Below are positions 12,657 to 26,024 of a stretch of 64,000 nt of DNA, one piece after another. The stretch is from Podarcis cretensis (taxonomy: Eukaryota): positions 15,872,001 to 15,936,000 of the forward strand of contig OX638166.1 in NCBI GenBank assembly GCA_951804945.1. The letters run 5' to 3'. A program made the translations under genes and the position numbers. Position 1 is the first letter of the stretch. Each line of letters starts with the position of its first letter. The notes below the pieces were generated by a model. It did no database searches. It saw only the letters and a program-made list of their open reading frames with translations, and was not told where the DNA came from.

Positions 12657-12779
12657 CAGGGTTATTCCAAACTTGGGTCTCCAGCTGTTTTTTGGACTAC
12701 AGTTCCATCATCCGTTACTACTGGGATGATGGGAGTTGTAGTTCAAGAACAGCTGGAGAACCAAGTTTGGGAAACCGTG
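12657..12779. mobile_element. Palindromic hAT MITE
   Basis: CCAAACTTGGGTCTCCAGCTG...CAGCTGGAGAACCAAGTTTGG inverted repeat; degenerate TSD GGTTAGAT/GACTAGAT. Confidence 0.8.
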
Positions 12780-12998
12780 GACTAGATGATTCTCAGGATC
12801 CATTGCAACTCTACAGTTCTTTGATTCTATTAATCTAATTTAGAACAGAATCACAAACCTGTTTAAAAGTTCAGAAATTAGTTGTTCAAAAGTTTAAGAA
12901 ACATGCCTAAAATAGCACTGTTAAGGCAATTGGTTCATCATCTTACCCACTGCTGTCTGCTCTGGCTGACAGTGGTTTTCCAGGGTCTCAGTCAAGGG

Positions 12999-13266
12999 CA
13001 GGGGTCAGCAAACTTTTTCAACAGGGGGCCGGTGCACTGTCCCTCAAACCTTGTGGGGCCGGACTTTCATTCATTATTATTATTTGAAGAAAAATAATAA
13101 TAATGAACTAATTCCTGTGTCCCACAAATAACCCAGAGATTCATTTTAAATAAAAGGACACATTCTACTCATGTAAAAACACGCTGATTCCCAGACCGTC
13201 CGCGAGTCGGATTTAGAAGGCGATTGGGCTGCATCCAGCCCACGGGCCTTAGGTTGCCTACCCATG
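12999..13266. mobile_element. hAT (MER58/Charlie-like) MITE family B, copy 1
   Basis: CAGGGGTCAGCAAAC...GTTGCCTACCCATG; TSD GTCAAGGG/GTTAAGGG. Confidence 0.85.
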
Positions 13267-14299
13267 GTTAAGGGCATTCTCAGCCATGCCACATGAGTTG
13301 CTTTAAATAAGATGCTAGGGAATGAACATGGAACCTTCTCTGTGCAAGTTATGCGCTATGCCACTGACCTGTGGTCCCTGTAGTGGCCTTCCATTGCTCG
13401 GAGGCGGGGGGGATTTTTCTGTAAATGTAATTAATACCTTGGCAGAAATACATTGTCATCTCATGAGACAGAGAGAATTCAAACATTTTTTATTGCAAGT
13501 AATCAAACCTTAGCATACAGAAATGTTGCTGAGATCCATGGATTTTTAACATGGAACTACTGGGTTTTTCTTGGGACTCAGCTATATGGGCAAAGAAAAA
13601 ATGCTTTATATGTGTTGTTTATGCATACTAACACTCCGACACCAGATGGCGCTGTGGAGTTCCCATTTTGCTAACCCGATTTCTCATACAAAAGTTTGGC
13701 AACATGTTTAAATGAAACACTTATTTGATGTGTCTAGAGATCCAGCCTTGGTACGGTGTGGAGAACAACTGTAATTGTAGGCATAGTCTTAGTTCTTCCC
13801 TCCCTTGACGTGTGGCCTTCCATATAACCATTTCTTGTTAATATTGCTCCTGGCATTTACCTTTTAAACTTAAATTTTCAGTTTGACATTTTGCTTTTGT
13901 TCAGCTCTAATCTTTAGCTCCTGCTGCTTCACCTGGAAATTCCTATGTTCACTTGTCTGTAGCTCTGCCTCCAACTTATGCTGCAGAAAATGTCAAGAGA
14001 GCAGGTGGAACTAGCAAATACCATTTCCTTTCTATGCAGAGGAGAATAAAATGTTAAATGGTTCTATACATGAAATGTTTGCTTTGCAACTTTCTCCCAC
14101 CTTCTGGCATCAGATGTGAGAAACAATAGGCTACCTGCATTATTATTCTACCACAAGTTATGGCTTCAGGCTAAGGGAGAAATGACATTCTAAATGAACC
14201 CGTATGTGTATGGCTCCCATGCTCCCCTACATGAGCACCAGCGTGCATGGCCAATAGTCAGGGATGATGGGAGTTGTAGTCTAGCATCTTATGGTAAAC

Positions 14300-14672
14300 A
14301 AAGGTAAAGGACGCCTGGATGGTTAAGTCTGGTCAAAGGCGACTGTGGAGTTGCAGCGCTCATCTCGCTTTCAGGCCTAGAGAACTAGCGTTTGTCCACA
14401 GACACCTTTCCGGGTCATGTGGCCAGCATGACTAAACCGCTTCTGGTGCAATGGAACACCATGACGGAATCCAGAGCGCACGGAAACGCCGTTTACCTTC
14501 CCGCCACAGCGATACCTATTTATCTGCTTGCACTGGCGTGCTTTTGAACTGCTAGGTTGGCAGGAGCTGGGACAGAGCAACAGGAGCTCACCTTGTTGTG
14601 CGGATTTGAACCGCCAACCTTCTGATCGGCAAGCCCAAGAGGCTCAGTGGTTTAGACCACAGCGCCACCCAC
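14300..14672 (-). mobile_element. Sauria SINE nested in a small MITE
   Basis: AAAGGTAAAGG tail, GAACTGCTAGGTTGGCAG core, ACCACAGCGCCACC head. Confidence 0.85.
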
Positions 14673-15593
14673 ATCTTATGGAGGGCCACAGCTTCCCCAC
14701 ACTTGCTCTACAAGAGGCTTATAATGCACCCTTTGGAAAGTACTGATGTACTCAGTACTTGCATTTTGTCAAACTTTCAAAGGAATGGCTTGAGAATTGC
14801 AAACCTATAGTGATCTTAAATTAGAATCATAACCACATCTAAGGTGCAGCTGATATAGAGACAGCTTGTTGCATAATGCCATAGGGAAAGTTATTGTGTG
14901 TTCGCAAAAGTCGGCATCTATATCAAAACACCAATATATAAATAGCTGAGCTACATTGAGTTACTGTCAAAACATGGGGTGTTTGTAAGATTGTTGTTTC
15001 TCCCCAGGTTTACACAACTTTTACACCGTTCATCATCTTTAAGGAATCTAGACCCATCTAAAAGTTGCAAAATTCCTATTGACGCAAAAAGTGGAACAGT
15101 CACGATCTTACAGGAGAGGCGGCAGGATTATTTCAAAAGAAAATAATCTCTGAATGATGACATAGCCAAAATAAATTTAAGTGGGGAAAAAGATAGCTTA
15201 ATGTGTTTATATGACCTTAAGGTGTTTATTTGACTCTTACATGAGTTGTACAGCCCATCCCCTTTCTTGGCTGGAAATGCATAATGATATTCTTGTAAAG
15301 CTCTCCTATAATAAATATAGGTTAGAGGTCTGTTTCTAACCATCAGAAGAGTGAAACTCTGAAACACTTTCAAATAATGGAGCATGTGTTTTAATTTGAT
15401 GGCACAGTGTTGGTTTTGTAGGCCGTAACTTCTTAGAGAAAGACATGGCTGGAGGGGTGGATAAATGATGGCGTGGATTGTGCTTTTAAAGAGCTGAGAA
15501 CAGTTAATATTCCTTTTTGTAGGTGTGTAAATGCTTGGGTCAGAATTCTTTTCTGCCAGGATGTTAGCCTTCTTCAGGCATTCAGCCAGATTA

Positions 15594-15945
15594 AAAAGGT
15601 AAAGGGACCCCTGACCATTAGGTCCAGTCGAGACCGACTCTGGGGTTGTGGCGCTCATCTCGATTTATTGGCCGAGGGAGCTGGCATACAGCTTCCAGGT
15701 CATGTGGCCAGCATGACTAAGCCGCTTCTGGCGAACCAGAGCAGAGCACGGAAACACTGTTTACCTTCCCGCCGGAGCAGTACCTATTTATCTACTTGCA
15801 CTTTGACTTGCTTTCGAACTGCTAGGTTGGCAGGAGCTTGGACCGAGCAACAGGAGCTCACTCCATCATGGGGATTCAAACCACTGACTTCCTGATTGGC
15901 AAGTCCTAGGCTCTGTGGTTTAACCCACAGCACCACCCGCGTCCC
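15594..15945 (-). mobile_element. Sauria SINE, full length
   Basis: Consensus-like sequence; 14-bp TSD ATTCAGCCAGATTA (15580-15593, 15946-15959). Confidence 0.92.
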
Positions 15946-16084
15946 ATTCAGCCAGATTACTTAAGGGTAAATATACCCTTATAGAGGGATGGGAGCACTC
16001 AAGTCATCCCTGTCCCAATGGCACTGGACATGTTCCCTCCACTCTCTTTACCCCCATATATATATATATATAGAGAGAGAGAGA

Positions 16085-16310
16085 ATTTCCATTTCAAATT
16101 CTCATCTGTTCCCACTCCCTCCAATACAATTCCTTTATCATTTTTTTCCTTCTACTACGCCTATCTCGAACCCTGCCCACGATTTCATTTGTTTTAAGTT
16201 CTATTCCAAGTAGTCCAAAAAGGGACTCCATTCTTCCACAAACAGTTCATCCTTTTTATCTCTTTATATTGCTGTCAGCTTCGCTGTTTCTGCATAGTCT
16301 GCAACTTTTA
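16085..16310 (-). mobile_element. L1/Tx1-like 3' fragment
   Basis: Minus strand reads ...DYAETAKLTAI...DELFVEEWSPFLDY, resembling the ORF2 end seen at 7214-7330. Confidence 0.55.
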
Positions 16311-16669
16311 AAACATTTCCCTTCCCTTGCGGCCTTCATGTGTTAAGCAGAGAAGTCTGAAGGGGGTTTGTAAGCTGGTTTCCTGACATTGTAAGGGTGA
16401 TTTTAAGCACATTTAGGCGAACACCCTTACAAAAACTCATCAGGCCTTTGTGCTAAACATGAGAAGATTGAGGGTGGAGGAGGCACTAATGAAGAGTTTG
16501 GAGTTATTGCAGACAGGCATACCCCCATCCCTCTCCAAACTTTTGCCCTCGTGTGTCCGAGCTGAATGCCTGAAGTGAATTACTGAGAATCCTTGATCTG
16601 TAATAGTAGTGTCAGGTTTCTGCCAGAAATTATACAAGTGCCTTTCTCAGAACATTTCTTTTGTGTGTG

Positions 16670-16988
16670 CATATACTCCAACATTTCTCCAATGATGTTG
16701 ATTATGGTGGTTTTACTGTTTATACTTCACCCATCTGACTGGGTTGCCCCACTCTGGGTAGCTTCCAACATATATAAAAACATAATAAAACATTAAACTT
16801 TAAAAAAAAAAAACCTTCCCCATACAGGGTTGCCTTCAGGTAGCTCAGGGGTTGGATAGCTCCATACCCTCCCAACATTTGTCCCATGAAAATAGGAAAA
16901 GTGGGACATTCTGGGATTAGATGAGAAATCAGGACTGCTTCTGTAAATCTGGGACTGTCGCTGGAAAATAGGGACACTTGGAGGTCTG
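16670..16988. mobile_element. DNA-transposon-like element containing an L2 3' tail, copy 1
   Basis: Ends CATATACTCCAA / TTGGAGGTCTG; reverse-complement homology to 52393-52770. Confidence 0.6.
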
Positions 16989-19127
16989 TTTTTGTGGCTG
17001 GACCTTGAGGCAGAATGCCAGCCTATTGGCACCTGTGGGTAAATTATCCTAATGTAGGATAGCTGAAGAGGGTTTTCATCATGGCTATCTTGGCAGCAGG
17101 TAAGCTCCATGTAAGTGTGTCCATGATTGTAGCTTGTGGCTAGAATCTTGTGCACAGATTCCTTGAGGTCTGTGAGATAATATTTCAGCATATGTAGATG
17201 GGTTTAGGATTGCAAGCCTAACAGGCAGGGATGATGGGAGTGTACTTAAGTTTAAAGAGTTTGAGAAGGATACTTCACCCTCCCCCCTTTTTTTTTGAAG
17301 GGGAGGAGAAATCCCCAGTTGGGATTACGTGCTGAGAAATGTGTTCATACTGCAAGGTTTATCTTGTTTTGATGGTATTTCACTTGAATCTCTACTTAGA
17401 AACCAACAGAGCACTTCCTCTCTGGCTCTGCAAAGCTATTCTTAAACAATGCTAATCAACAAGTGGCAGGATTTTCCTCATAAACACATCTTCTAGGAAG
17501 TAAAGTCAGGGCACTTAGGCTACACAGCACAGATTCCAGCTGCAAAGTCAATAATTGTTGTAATCCTTTCCCCCCCTCACAGGTTTGCTTTCAAGACAGA
17601 CATTTGGAATAGTTCAAGTATTCGGCCTAAATGATCAAAGTGCAACATGTTTTAATTGTGCACTTCTTTTAAAAAAAGTCAAGTGTGTATGTGTCAACCA
17701 TGTGCATCACATAGTTCATCTGCCCAATGTTGGCTTCCTGCTGTGTCTTCCTGTCGGCTGGCTTTGCTTCCACATAATGTGTGAAATGGCCCTCGAAAAT
17801 ATGTGATTGATTAGTCGCTTTGGGAAATGAAGAAGCAAGAGCTGACATCTGGCATTTTCCTTTCAAGACTCATAGCATAGATGCTTTTGGAATCTTAAGT
17901 CTCCAATAAACTGAATGCCCACCAATGTGTGACCTGGGCTGGGCCACTAGGGTGGGGTAAGGAAAGTCCTGGTGCAGCCGCCACACGGCCTGAATGATTG
18001 TGGCAGACCTGCCTGTTGCCCTGATGTCTGACTGGCGAGTGCAAGAAAACAATCACACATAATAAATGATGTAACGAATGCCAGCCCTAGCTATGGAGCT
18101 GTTAAGGGAATTATTCCATTACTGGATCCCCAGGCTGCTGTTAATGCCACTAATACTCCCATCCATGAAAATAGCCCTTATCTTAAGTCACAATCTTTGG
18201 CTGTAGCAGCAGCAGCGGTTGTCAATCCTAATTGAAGTTGCTGGCGAAGCAGAAGCAATGGAGAGTTGAATGGTTACAATGCCTGGAGCCATGATTTAAA
18301 TACACAGTTCTCTGGTGGCTGGGGGGATGCTGTGAGCCTGCTCAAACTGCACCCTTTAGTTGCTCCTTAAAACATGAAATCTGGCACAAGGGAACACCCG
18401 CACTCGATAGCAAATTGATTCTGAACATGCATCTGTTATTGTACTCCTAGTCTGGACACACTGCATGGAACTAAGTGTCATGAATGCAGTTCTGCTCTTC
18501 ATAGCAGCCCCAGTCAATAAGGAACTGTGCAGCTCATTCTGAATTTCAAGCAGGGTTTTTATACATGTTTGTATGTTAACCCGTCTCCCTGACATGCTAC
18601 TATTTTGCTTTAAGGGAATGTCGCCTCTCCCTGGTCCCTTTTGCTTTCAAATGTGCAACACTCTGCCCACACAACTTGAAAAGGTGTAGTCCAGGAAAAG
18701 CAATGCTACTTTCTTCTGGTGAATGTATAGACTGGCTCTGAATGCATGCAATAAAAACTTGCTGTAAAACATTGCCAAAAAGCAAGGCAGGGAGAGGGAG
18801 TCTGTGGCCCTCCAGATGTTGTTGGACTACAGCTCACATCATCTCTAACCATTGGCCATGCTGGTTGGGACTGATGGGCATTAGACTTCATCTGTCAGAC
18901 TACTAGCTCCCCACTATTGATTTAGGAGATGGGGTTGTTGTTTAGTGCGTAGATTGATTATTTTATTTACACTGTACCTTGAACCATCCAGGCAACTTCA
19001 TCATGTGTACTGTATGTTCTTTGTTGTTGTACACTATATATTTTATATATGGAGTGTGTTAGTGTTCAGAGGGGCAATCGGTAACGGATTATCTTCTTAA
19101 AGTGCAGGACATACAGAAGTATATGAC

Positions 19128-19407
19128 CAGGGGCCAGCAAACTTTTTCAGCAGGGGGCCAGTCCACTGTCCCTCAGACCTTGTGGGAGCCAGACTATATT
19201 TTGAAAGAAAAAAAAATGAATGCCCCACAAATACCCCAGAGATGCATTTTAAATAAAAGGACACATTCTACTCATGTAAAAACATGCTGATTCCCAGACT
19301 GTCCGCGGGCTGGATTTAGAAGGCAATTTGGCTGGATTCAGCTCCCGGGTCTTAGTTTGCCTTAAAATAAAGGGGGGGAGGTAAAGGCCTTGGTTTGCCT
19401 ACCCATG
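19128..19407. mobile_element. hAT MITE family B, copy 2
   Basis: Exact 8-bp TSD TATATGAC (19120-19127, 19408-19415). Confidence 0.9.
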
Positions 19408-20124
19408 TATATGACCACAGTGTTCCCAATATTCCTATGATCTTAAGCATTGTATTTTTTATTTTTTTATTTTGATGTTCTGGCTCCCAATCACATAGGA
19501 GCCTAGGTATGAAAATATGTGCATGTTTGAATTTCAGTGCTCATAGAAAGATTGGCGTATGTGCTTACTTGTATTAACCCATCTGTGTCCTGTTTATTTC
19601 AGGTTTTACATTATTTGAGATTTGCCCTGGAGAAGACAAACTGGTGTGTGTGTGTGTGTGTGTTTATTTCTTTGCGCTGCCATTTAGTGCCAAGGAAATG
19701 AGCTCCAGGAATTTGGCTCAGGCAAAAGCTCTGGTAACTGTATCCAGGGCAAACGGTAGCACAAGCTGGTGCTTAATCATTCATTCATTAGTGCTGAGTA
19801 CTTTGTGCCTGAAAGGCAGATAGAGGGTAAGAAATGGTGTCAGTCTGTCTCAGAGGAGCACGCAGAAGATGAATTGGACAAGGGGAATGTCACTTTCTTG
19901 CATTTATCTTGTGCTGCTTCCTTAGCGTACAGCTGCTGCTCCCATCAGCTTGGGAGAAAATAGTAGCATTCTGACTTGCCTTTCTGAAAGCTCTCAATTG
20001 TCTTAAAATAAAAAGTTAATATGGTGTTTTAAGAATTTGCAATAAATAATAATAATGAACAGGAACCGACACAGTTCCACCTCAGCTAGAGCACTAATAT
20101 TGTTCTCTGCCGTGTGTACTTATG

Positions 20125-20530
20125 TACTTTATATACTAAAGGCCTTAAATGGCTAAGGGACTGCAATACCTCGAATCAGCGCTTCTCCCCATATGAACAG
20201 ACCAGGGCCCTGTGATCATAATCTGAAGCCCTTCTTTCTCCATGAGAGGTCTGGAGGGCGGCAACATGAAAATGGGCCTTTTTGTGGTGGCTCCTCCCCA
20301 CTTGTAGATGCTCTCCCAAGGGAGGCTTCCCTGGCGCCTTCATTACATGTCTTTAGGCATCCAGGGAAATAACATGTCTCTTCTCCCAGGTCTCTGGCTA
20401 ATTAAATAATTTATGACCTTTAAGGGGGGGGAGGGGAGTATTGTTTGTTTGTTTGTTTGTTATTGGGATATGTATTTTTCTATCATAAACTTTGGATGAA
20501 GGGCGGTTTAGAAATTTAATAAATAATAAC
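20125..20530 (+). mobile_element. Degenerate L2 LINE 3' fragment
   Basis: TAAAGGCCTTAAATGG..., GAAGCCCTTCT..., GTGGTGGCTCC..., GATGAAGGGCGGTTTAGAAATTTAATAAATAATAA tail. Confidence 0.55.
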
Positions 20531-20542
20531 AATGCTTTAGAG

Positions 20543-20663
20543 CAGTGTTTCCCAAACTTGGGTCTCCAGCTGGTTTTGGACTACAACTCCCATCATCCCT
20601 AGCTAGCAGGACCAGTGGTCAGGGATGATAGGAACTGTAGTCCAAAAACAGCTGGAGATGCTG
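20543..20663. mobile_element. Palindromic hAT MITE
   Basis: Exact 8-bp TSD CTTTAGAG (20535-20542, 20664-20671). Confidence 0.85.
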
Positions 20664-21319
20664 CTTTAGAGGAAGGGCTGCAGCTCAGAGGTGGAGCATC
20701 TTCTGTGCATCTAAGAAGGTTCCAAGTTCAATTCCTGGCATCCCCAGGCAGGGCTTGGAATGTCCCTGTATGTAACCGTGGTGAGTTGTTGTCGACCAGT
20801 GTAGACAATACTAGGCCACATTGACCAATGTTCTGACTTAAAACTTGTCAACTATAAGCATACGATTTCCCCCTCTTGTCTTTGACTTGCCAGTGGATTG
20901 TCCTTTCGACACTGTCAGTATTTCCCTGGGCTCATATCTCCTTAATACAAAATTATTTTGGTGCCCCAAAAGAACTCCAGCACCCACCCATAGCATAAAT
21001 TTCATTTGGAAGGCATACCATGGTGGACTCTTGAGTCACTGGGTTTCATAAGTTTAGCAGGGTCAAGATAGGAAACCACCCAAGGAAAACTGTGGTGTGC
21101 AAGAAAGGTTACTGGTGATTTAGAGTCCAGCAACTCTCTATTCTTCACGCAAATTACAGGTAGCGTGTTGGTTTATTGGGGAGAACAATCTCAAAGTAGC
21201 AGTGGGGAAATACCTTTCTAACAGCTGGTCTAATTATGTTGCACTAAGGGCTACTGGGGGAAAAGAAGTTATAGGCAATATTGGACTAAGTACGTAGATA
21301 AAAAGCTGTTGTTCAGTAT

Positions 21320-21563
21320 TGTTATGTAGTGAAGTTTCACCCTGGGCCAGCAGGGGGATACTGTATATAGTTTTCACTCAGGTCTGTAGATAGTTTTCAC
21401 TCAGGTCCATGTCAGTTATTTTAGGCGGGAAACACTGGGCTGTTGTTGCTACAATGTTGACAGCCGGCTGCCTGTTTGCAGTCAGTTCTATTCCATCTTA
21501 CAAAATAAAGAGCTACTTGGAGAAATCGCTGTGTCGTCTGCTATGTCAACCCACAACTTAACA
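21320..21563 (+). mobile_element. Solo LTR, family A
   Basis: TGTTA...TTAACA termini, AATAAA inside, exact 5-bp TSD AGTAT. Confidence 0.85.
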
Positions 21564-21591
21564 AGTATGGTACGTGTTTCTCATTTATAGG

Positions 21592-21623
<32 letters not shown>

Positions 21624-23153
21624 TTGATAAAATGTTATTAGTAGAGATGTGATATTTCTTTAACCTAGTATTCTTTCACGTAGTATTTTTGGGTAGCAGA
21701 TGGTGAAAGCAGTAAGAGTCTCTCTGACCAATATTTAATCTCCTGTCCCTCAAAAAACAAAAACAAAAAAGCAGTGAAATCTAACTTTATCCAGGCTGTG
21801 TGTGTGTGTGTGTGTTGCAGTTCTCCGCAAGTGCAGAATGTAATTCTGAATATAGAATTTACTTTCCTTCTCTAAGTTTTCATTTATTGTTATGATTATT
21901 TTTTTTAAAGATTAAAAAACAAAATTAAAAACAAGCCCTCCTCGTTGCAGAGTATATAGCGACTGATTTCTTCTCGCAAGCCACACCGTTTCCCAAATAA
22001 GATTATAAGTGGTAGTGGATCAGGGTCCCTCTTAGCTCCTTGTCCTTCCCAAAAGTAACAGAAGAAATTGTGTTAAGTTTACCAATGCAGGTAATGGAAT
22101 TCAGCTTGGTGCAGTATTTAGGTTTCTTTGGCACAGATTTTTATATGCACATCCTCGCCTCATTTCTCAGTCTGTTTGCAGTTCTGTTATGGTAACTACT
22201 GCTTGTAATCTGCCCTTCATTTCATACTGTGACCCAGCTTAATACACACATGGCACGGATGCTACATGGAATAATAATACTTCCCAAATCAGGTTGGGCA
22301 ACATACAGACATGTTCTGTTGTGTTACCAAATGAGCTGAATTTTGCTTCAGCCATACTCACATGTATGGCTAGTGCAGTGTGGTGACTGCTGCTCCTATT
22401 TTTATTGTAATTTGTTATTGCTCTGTTTTTCGTGATGATGTGTTAAGTATAAAAATATTACAGCGCCGGAACAAAGTGTATGGCTCATTGCTACTTTATC
22501 ACAGGAGCGCCATATGTTGGTTGCATTCCAAATTGTGTCACTGTGGTGGAACTTCTGAATCTTGGAATTGCCTGCACTTGTTCCTGTTTTAATTCTGGTT
22601 TCCCTGGGATATCTGGAACTGTTGCTGGATTGTCCAGCTGTAGTGAAATATGATCCAATGCTGAATAAAAAGATGGAAAATACAAACTCGACCGACAGTT
22701 CTAGTGATAAGCTCACAGCAGTAAACTAGGTAGCCAAGTGAAAATGTGCGAGAAGAATTATAAATATTGGTTATGGGAACGCTGATGCGAAAACCACGTT
22801 TTTTGTGTGTCTTTCTCTCATTCTCTCTTCTAGTTTTAATATATGTTTGGTAATGTTACATCTAGGACCCACCTATCTGCATGGCATCTGCATGGCATCT
22901 TCTTTCCTTTGGTGCTGCCCCAACTGATTAGAAGTACACACACAATTTGGTTGCAGCACCAACATTGGCACATGCAAATAGCACCATAAGAGAGAAGCTG
23001 CCAAGGAGTGTGTGAAGAATTATAGTTGTATGATATTGCCAACCTTCAGAACAGGAGGAGGGGAAGTGGATCTGGCTGGAGGACTTCCTCCTTAATTCCC
23101 ACCCACCCATCTCACCTTGGCAGACCATCTTTGACAATTCAGAGTTCACAAGA

Positions 23154-23467
23154 CTTCCGGGTTAGCGTCGGAGGAACGGGCTCCGTGGAAACTGGGTCTT
23201 CCCACCGCGGCGAAAGTGGGGACCCGTTAGAAATCCCAGGCGGAGAAGCCTGGGAACGTGGGGTTCAGCAGAGCACCAAGAGCGCCTCCCCCACTCGCGG
23301 GGAAACCCCCTTTTTGGGGCTCTGGAGCGGAGTGGGGTAAGCAGCGCGGTGCTGCGAACTGACTGCTACTTTCACGGAGGGAAGCCGCACAGCCATCGCC
23401 GGAGAGCGCTGACTTTTTCCTGGTGACAATTGGACTCTAAAACAAGTACCCGTGAGTAAAAATGGAA
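23154..23467 (+). mobile_element. CpG-rich retro-insertion, probably an L1 5'UTR fragment
   Basis: Begins (GA)CTTCCGGG; CpG-dense against an AT-rich background; exact 14-bp flanking direct repeat CAGAGTTCACAAGA (23140-23153, 23468-23481). Confidence 0.6.
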
Positions 23468-24856
23468 CAGAGTTCACAAGAGCTTGCTGTAATCCCTGAT
23501 CAGTGCTGCCAATGTCTTTGTCCCATTGGCTTCAGTAGGGATTTGCTGATGGGCACCTCCTTTGTGTAGCTAATCCCAGTGGGGCCTGATGCCGTTCAGC
23601 CCTGCTTCCAAAGAAACAATTGGGAACTCACTTTCAGAAGCCATTGTTCCTCTGTAGCCATGTCTTTCCCTGTTGCACACCTGACATCACAGATGGCATC
23701 AGGTGTGGGGCAGGGGTGTGTGGTTTGGGAAAATGACCTTGTGGACCAAATTGAGACTTGTGCCAGGATTAGTTAGGCCCACTAGCCAGAAGTTCTGTGC
23801 CTTGGATTTACCTGCTCTACACTAATGCATTTTTGCTGTGTATTTGGCAGAGAACACTATATTTGGTAAAAGTGGGAAAATACCATACAGAAAAGCCATG
23901 ATGAACTTTGAGAACAGTTGCTTGTCTTAGCAAGGTCTCAGGTACTTTCACCCGCCCTACTTAAATTAGTTTTACAGTACTTTGGTTTATGCAGATTTTA
24001 AGTAACAAGTTTGGTAGGGTTTGATAACAATGTCGCTGCTTAAGATTTCCATTTTTGAAACAGCTGGGGAAGACACTTCCTCAAATAACCAATCCACATA
24101 TCAAATCAGTTACCCAAATAACTGGTTTTGGCATAATTGACTTTTAGGATCAAGTCTTAAAGTCACCACTGTGTTTACGTGCTGCTTTCTAATTGAAGGT
24201 TTTCTTTAGAGATACGCTAGTCATTATTTAAGAAGGGTTGTAGCTGAAATGGCTTGTTATGTGAAGCATAAATAATAAAAGTGTGTGCTCTCTTTTCAAC
24301 ATCAGTTGTTTGTAGTCCAAGGCAGGAAGTGGAAAAGGAAAGGCTCTGCCTAAGTAAAATATCCAGTTGTTGATAATGTCTTGTTCTTTATGACTTCATA
24401 CATTCATAGAAATGCTGTTGAAAGAGCTACACTTGTACACAGCTGTTGTGAGGGGTGTTTGGCAAGCTTCCCTCCCCTCTCCTATTTAGGTTTTGTTCTT
24501 AAAGCTAGGCTGAAAACTCATGTGTCCCAGACATTATAAGTAGTGTTTGTAGAGTAGTGTTCTTTTTATATATGTGAAGCTAGTTTCCTTTTCCATGTTG
24601 TTTGTTCTCTTTTGGAGTATATCGACTGCTATGTTTCTTTGTCAACCATCTTGAACATTTGGGAAAGGAAGGGCATAAATGTTTTAAATAAGAGTGAGGT
24701 TTATGATTGGATGGTTTTGATGCGTTCATTATAAGAAATCTATCAACACTATAGGCGTTTTTAAATATGGGAGGGTTGGGTTTTGTTTTTGTTTTTGTTT
24801 TTTAAAAGGCATATTAATGGGTGGGGCCTATTTTCCTAATGGCTTATATCCCCTTA

Positions 24857-25068
24857 CAGTGGTACCTCGGGTTACAGACGCTTCAGGTTACAGACTCTGC
24901 TAACCCAGAAACAGTACCTCAGGTTAAGAACTTTGCTTCAGGATGAGAACAGAAGTCGTGCGGCAGCGGGAGGCACAATTAGCTAAAGTGGTATCTCAGG
25001 TTAAGAACAGTTTCAGGTTAAGAACGGACCTCCGGAATGAATTAAGTTCTTAACCCGAGGTACCACTG
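24857..25068. mobile_element. Tc1/mariner (Tigger-like) MITE
   Basis: TA|CAGTGGTACCTCGGGTTA...TAACCCGAGGTACCACTG|TA. Confidence 0.88.
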
Positions 25069-25134
25069 TATAAGGGAGAGTTCAGCCCAAATGGATGGGT
25101 ATACCAACCAGCATGCTGAATGCTTATAATTCAT

Positions 25135-25272
25135 TGAATCATAGATTTGGAAGGGACCCTGAGGATAATCTAGTCCAACCCACTGCGATGCAGGAATATA
25201 CAGTTGTCCCATTTGGGAATCGAACCTTCAACCTTGGCATTACCAGCTCCATGCTCTAACCAACTGAGCTAT
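25135..25272 (-). mobile_element. tRNA-derived SINE with CR1-type tail
   Basis: GAATCATAGA...TAGTCCAACCC...CTCTAACCAACTGAGCTA. Confidence 0.7.
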
Positions 25273-26024
25273 TGCTTGTCAAAACCTAGGCCATTTAGAG
25301 CAAATCTTCCTTCCTTAAAGTTAAAGAACGAAGTGTCTCATCCTAAAGACCAACAGATTTATTGTGGCATAAACTTTTGTGGGCTGGCACCCTTGTCTTA
25401 AATGTTATTTGCTAAAGAGTGTCACAGTATGGTTTGCATTTCCAGGGACAACAAACATGTTCCTTCAGCAGTTAGAGGAGTGTGAATACAGAGAAGAACA
25501 CTGAACTAAAAATGCCTTTACAGACCCAGCATGGTTTTTTTAATCGTTCACTGGCGAAACGTTCAGCTAGTATTCCTTACAGCTGTCCATGCATACCTAA
25601 TTGCTTGGCTTGTAAACATGGAGTTCAAGACTGGCAAATCCGCAGAATGGAGAAAAATGGCAAGTGTTCCATAAAGCCGCGCTGAATAAACAGATATGTT
25701 ATGGGGTTTACTCATGCTCCTCTGCGTACATTCATATGTATCTGTAGAGGCTATCATATTCAGAGGCACAAAGGCAGGCACCACTTCCTCTATGCCATTA
25801 ATCCCAAGTTCGCAAATTGCATAGGAAGAATGATGAACCATTATCTACTCATCTATCTGCACAGAGAATCAGTGCACATTATGTTTCTCTACAACTGCTG
25901 GCTTGGCATCTGTAGCTTTGCATTCTGGTAAAGGAGGGTCACCATGTTTTGAGCTGTTTGGGCAATGGAAGTTAAGCAGTGTGCACCCCAGATAGCAAAG
26001 CATGTTTTGGCTGAAACCCTAATC

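Larger units (their letters stand above)
12330..12831 (+). mobile_element. tRNA-derived SINE split by a solo LTR and a MITE
   Basis: Head GTAGCTCAGTTGGTTACAGC at ~12334; tail GACTAGATGA...CAACTCTACAGTTCTTTGATTCTA at 12780-12831. Confidence 0.7.
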
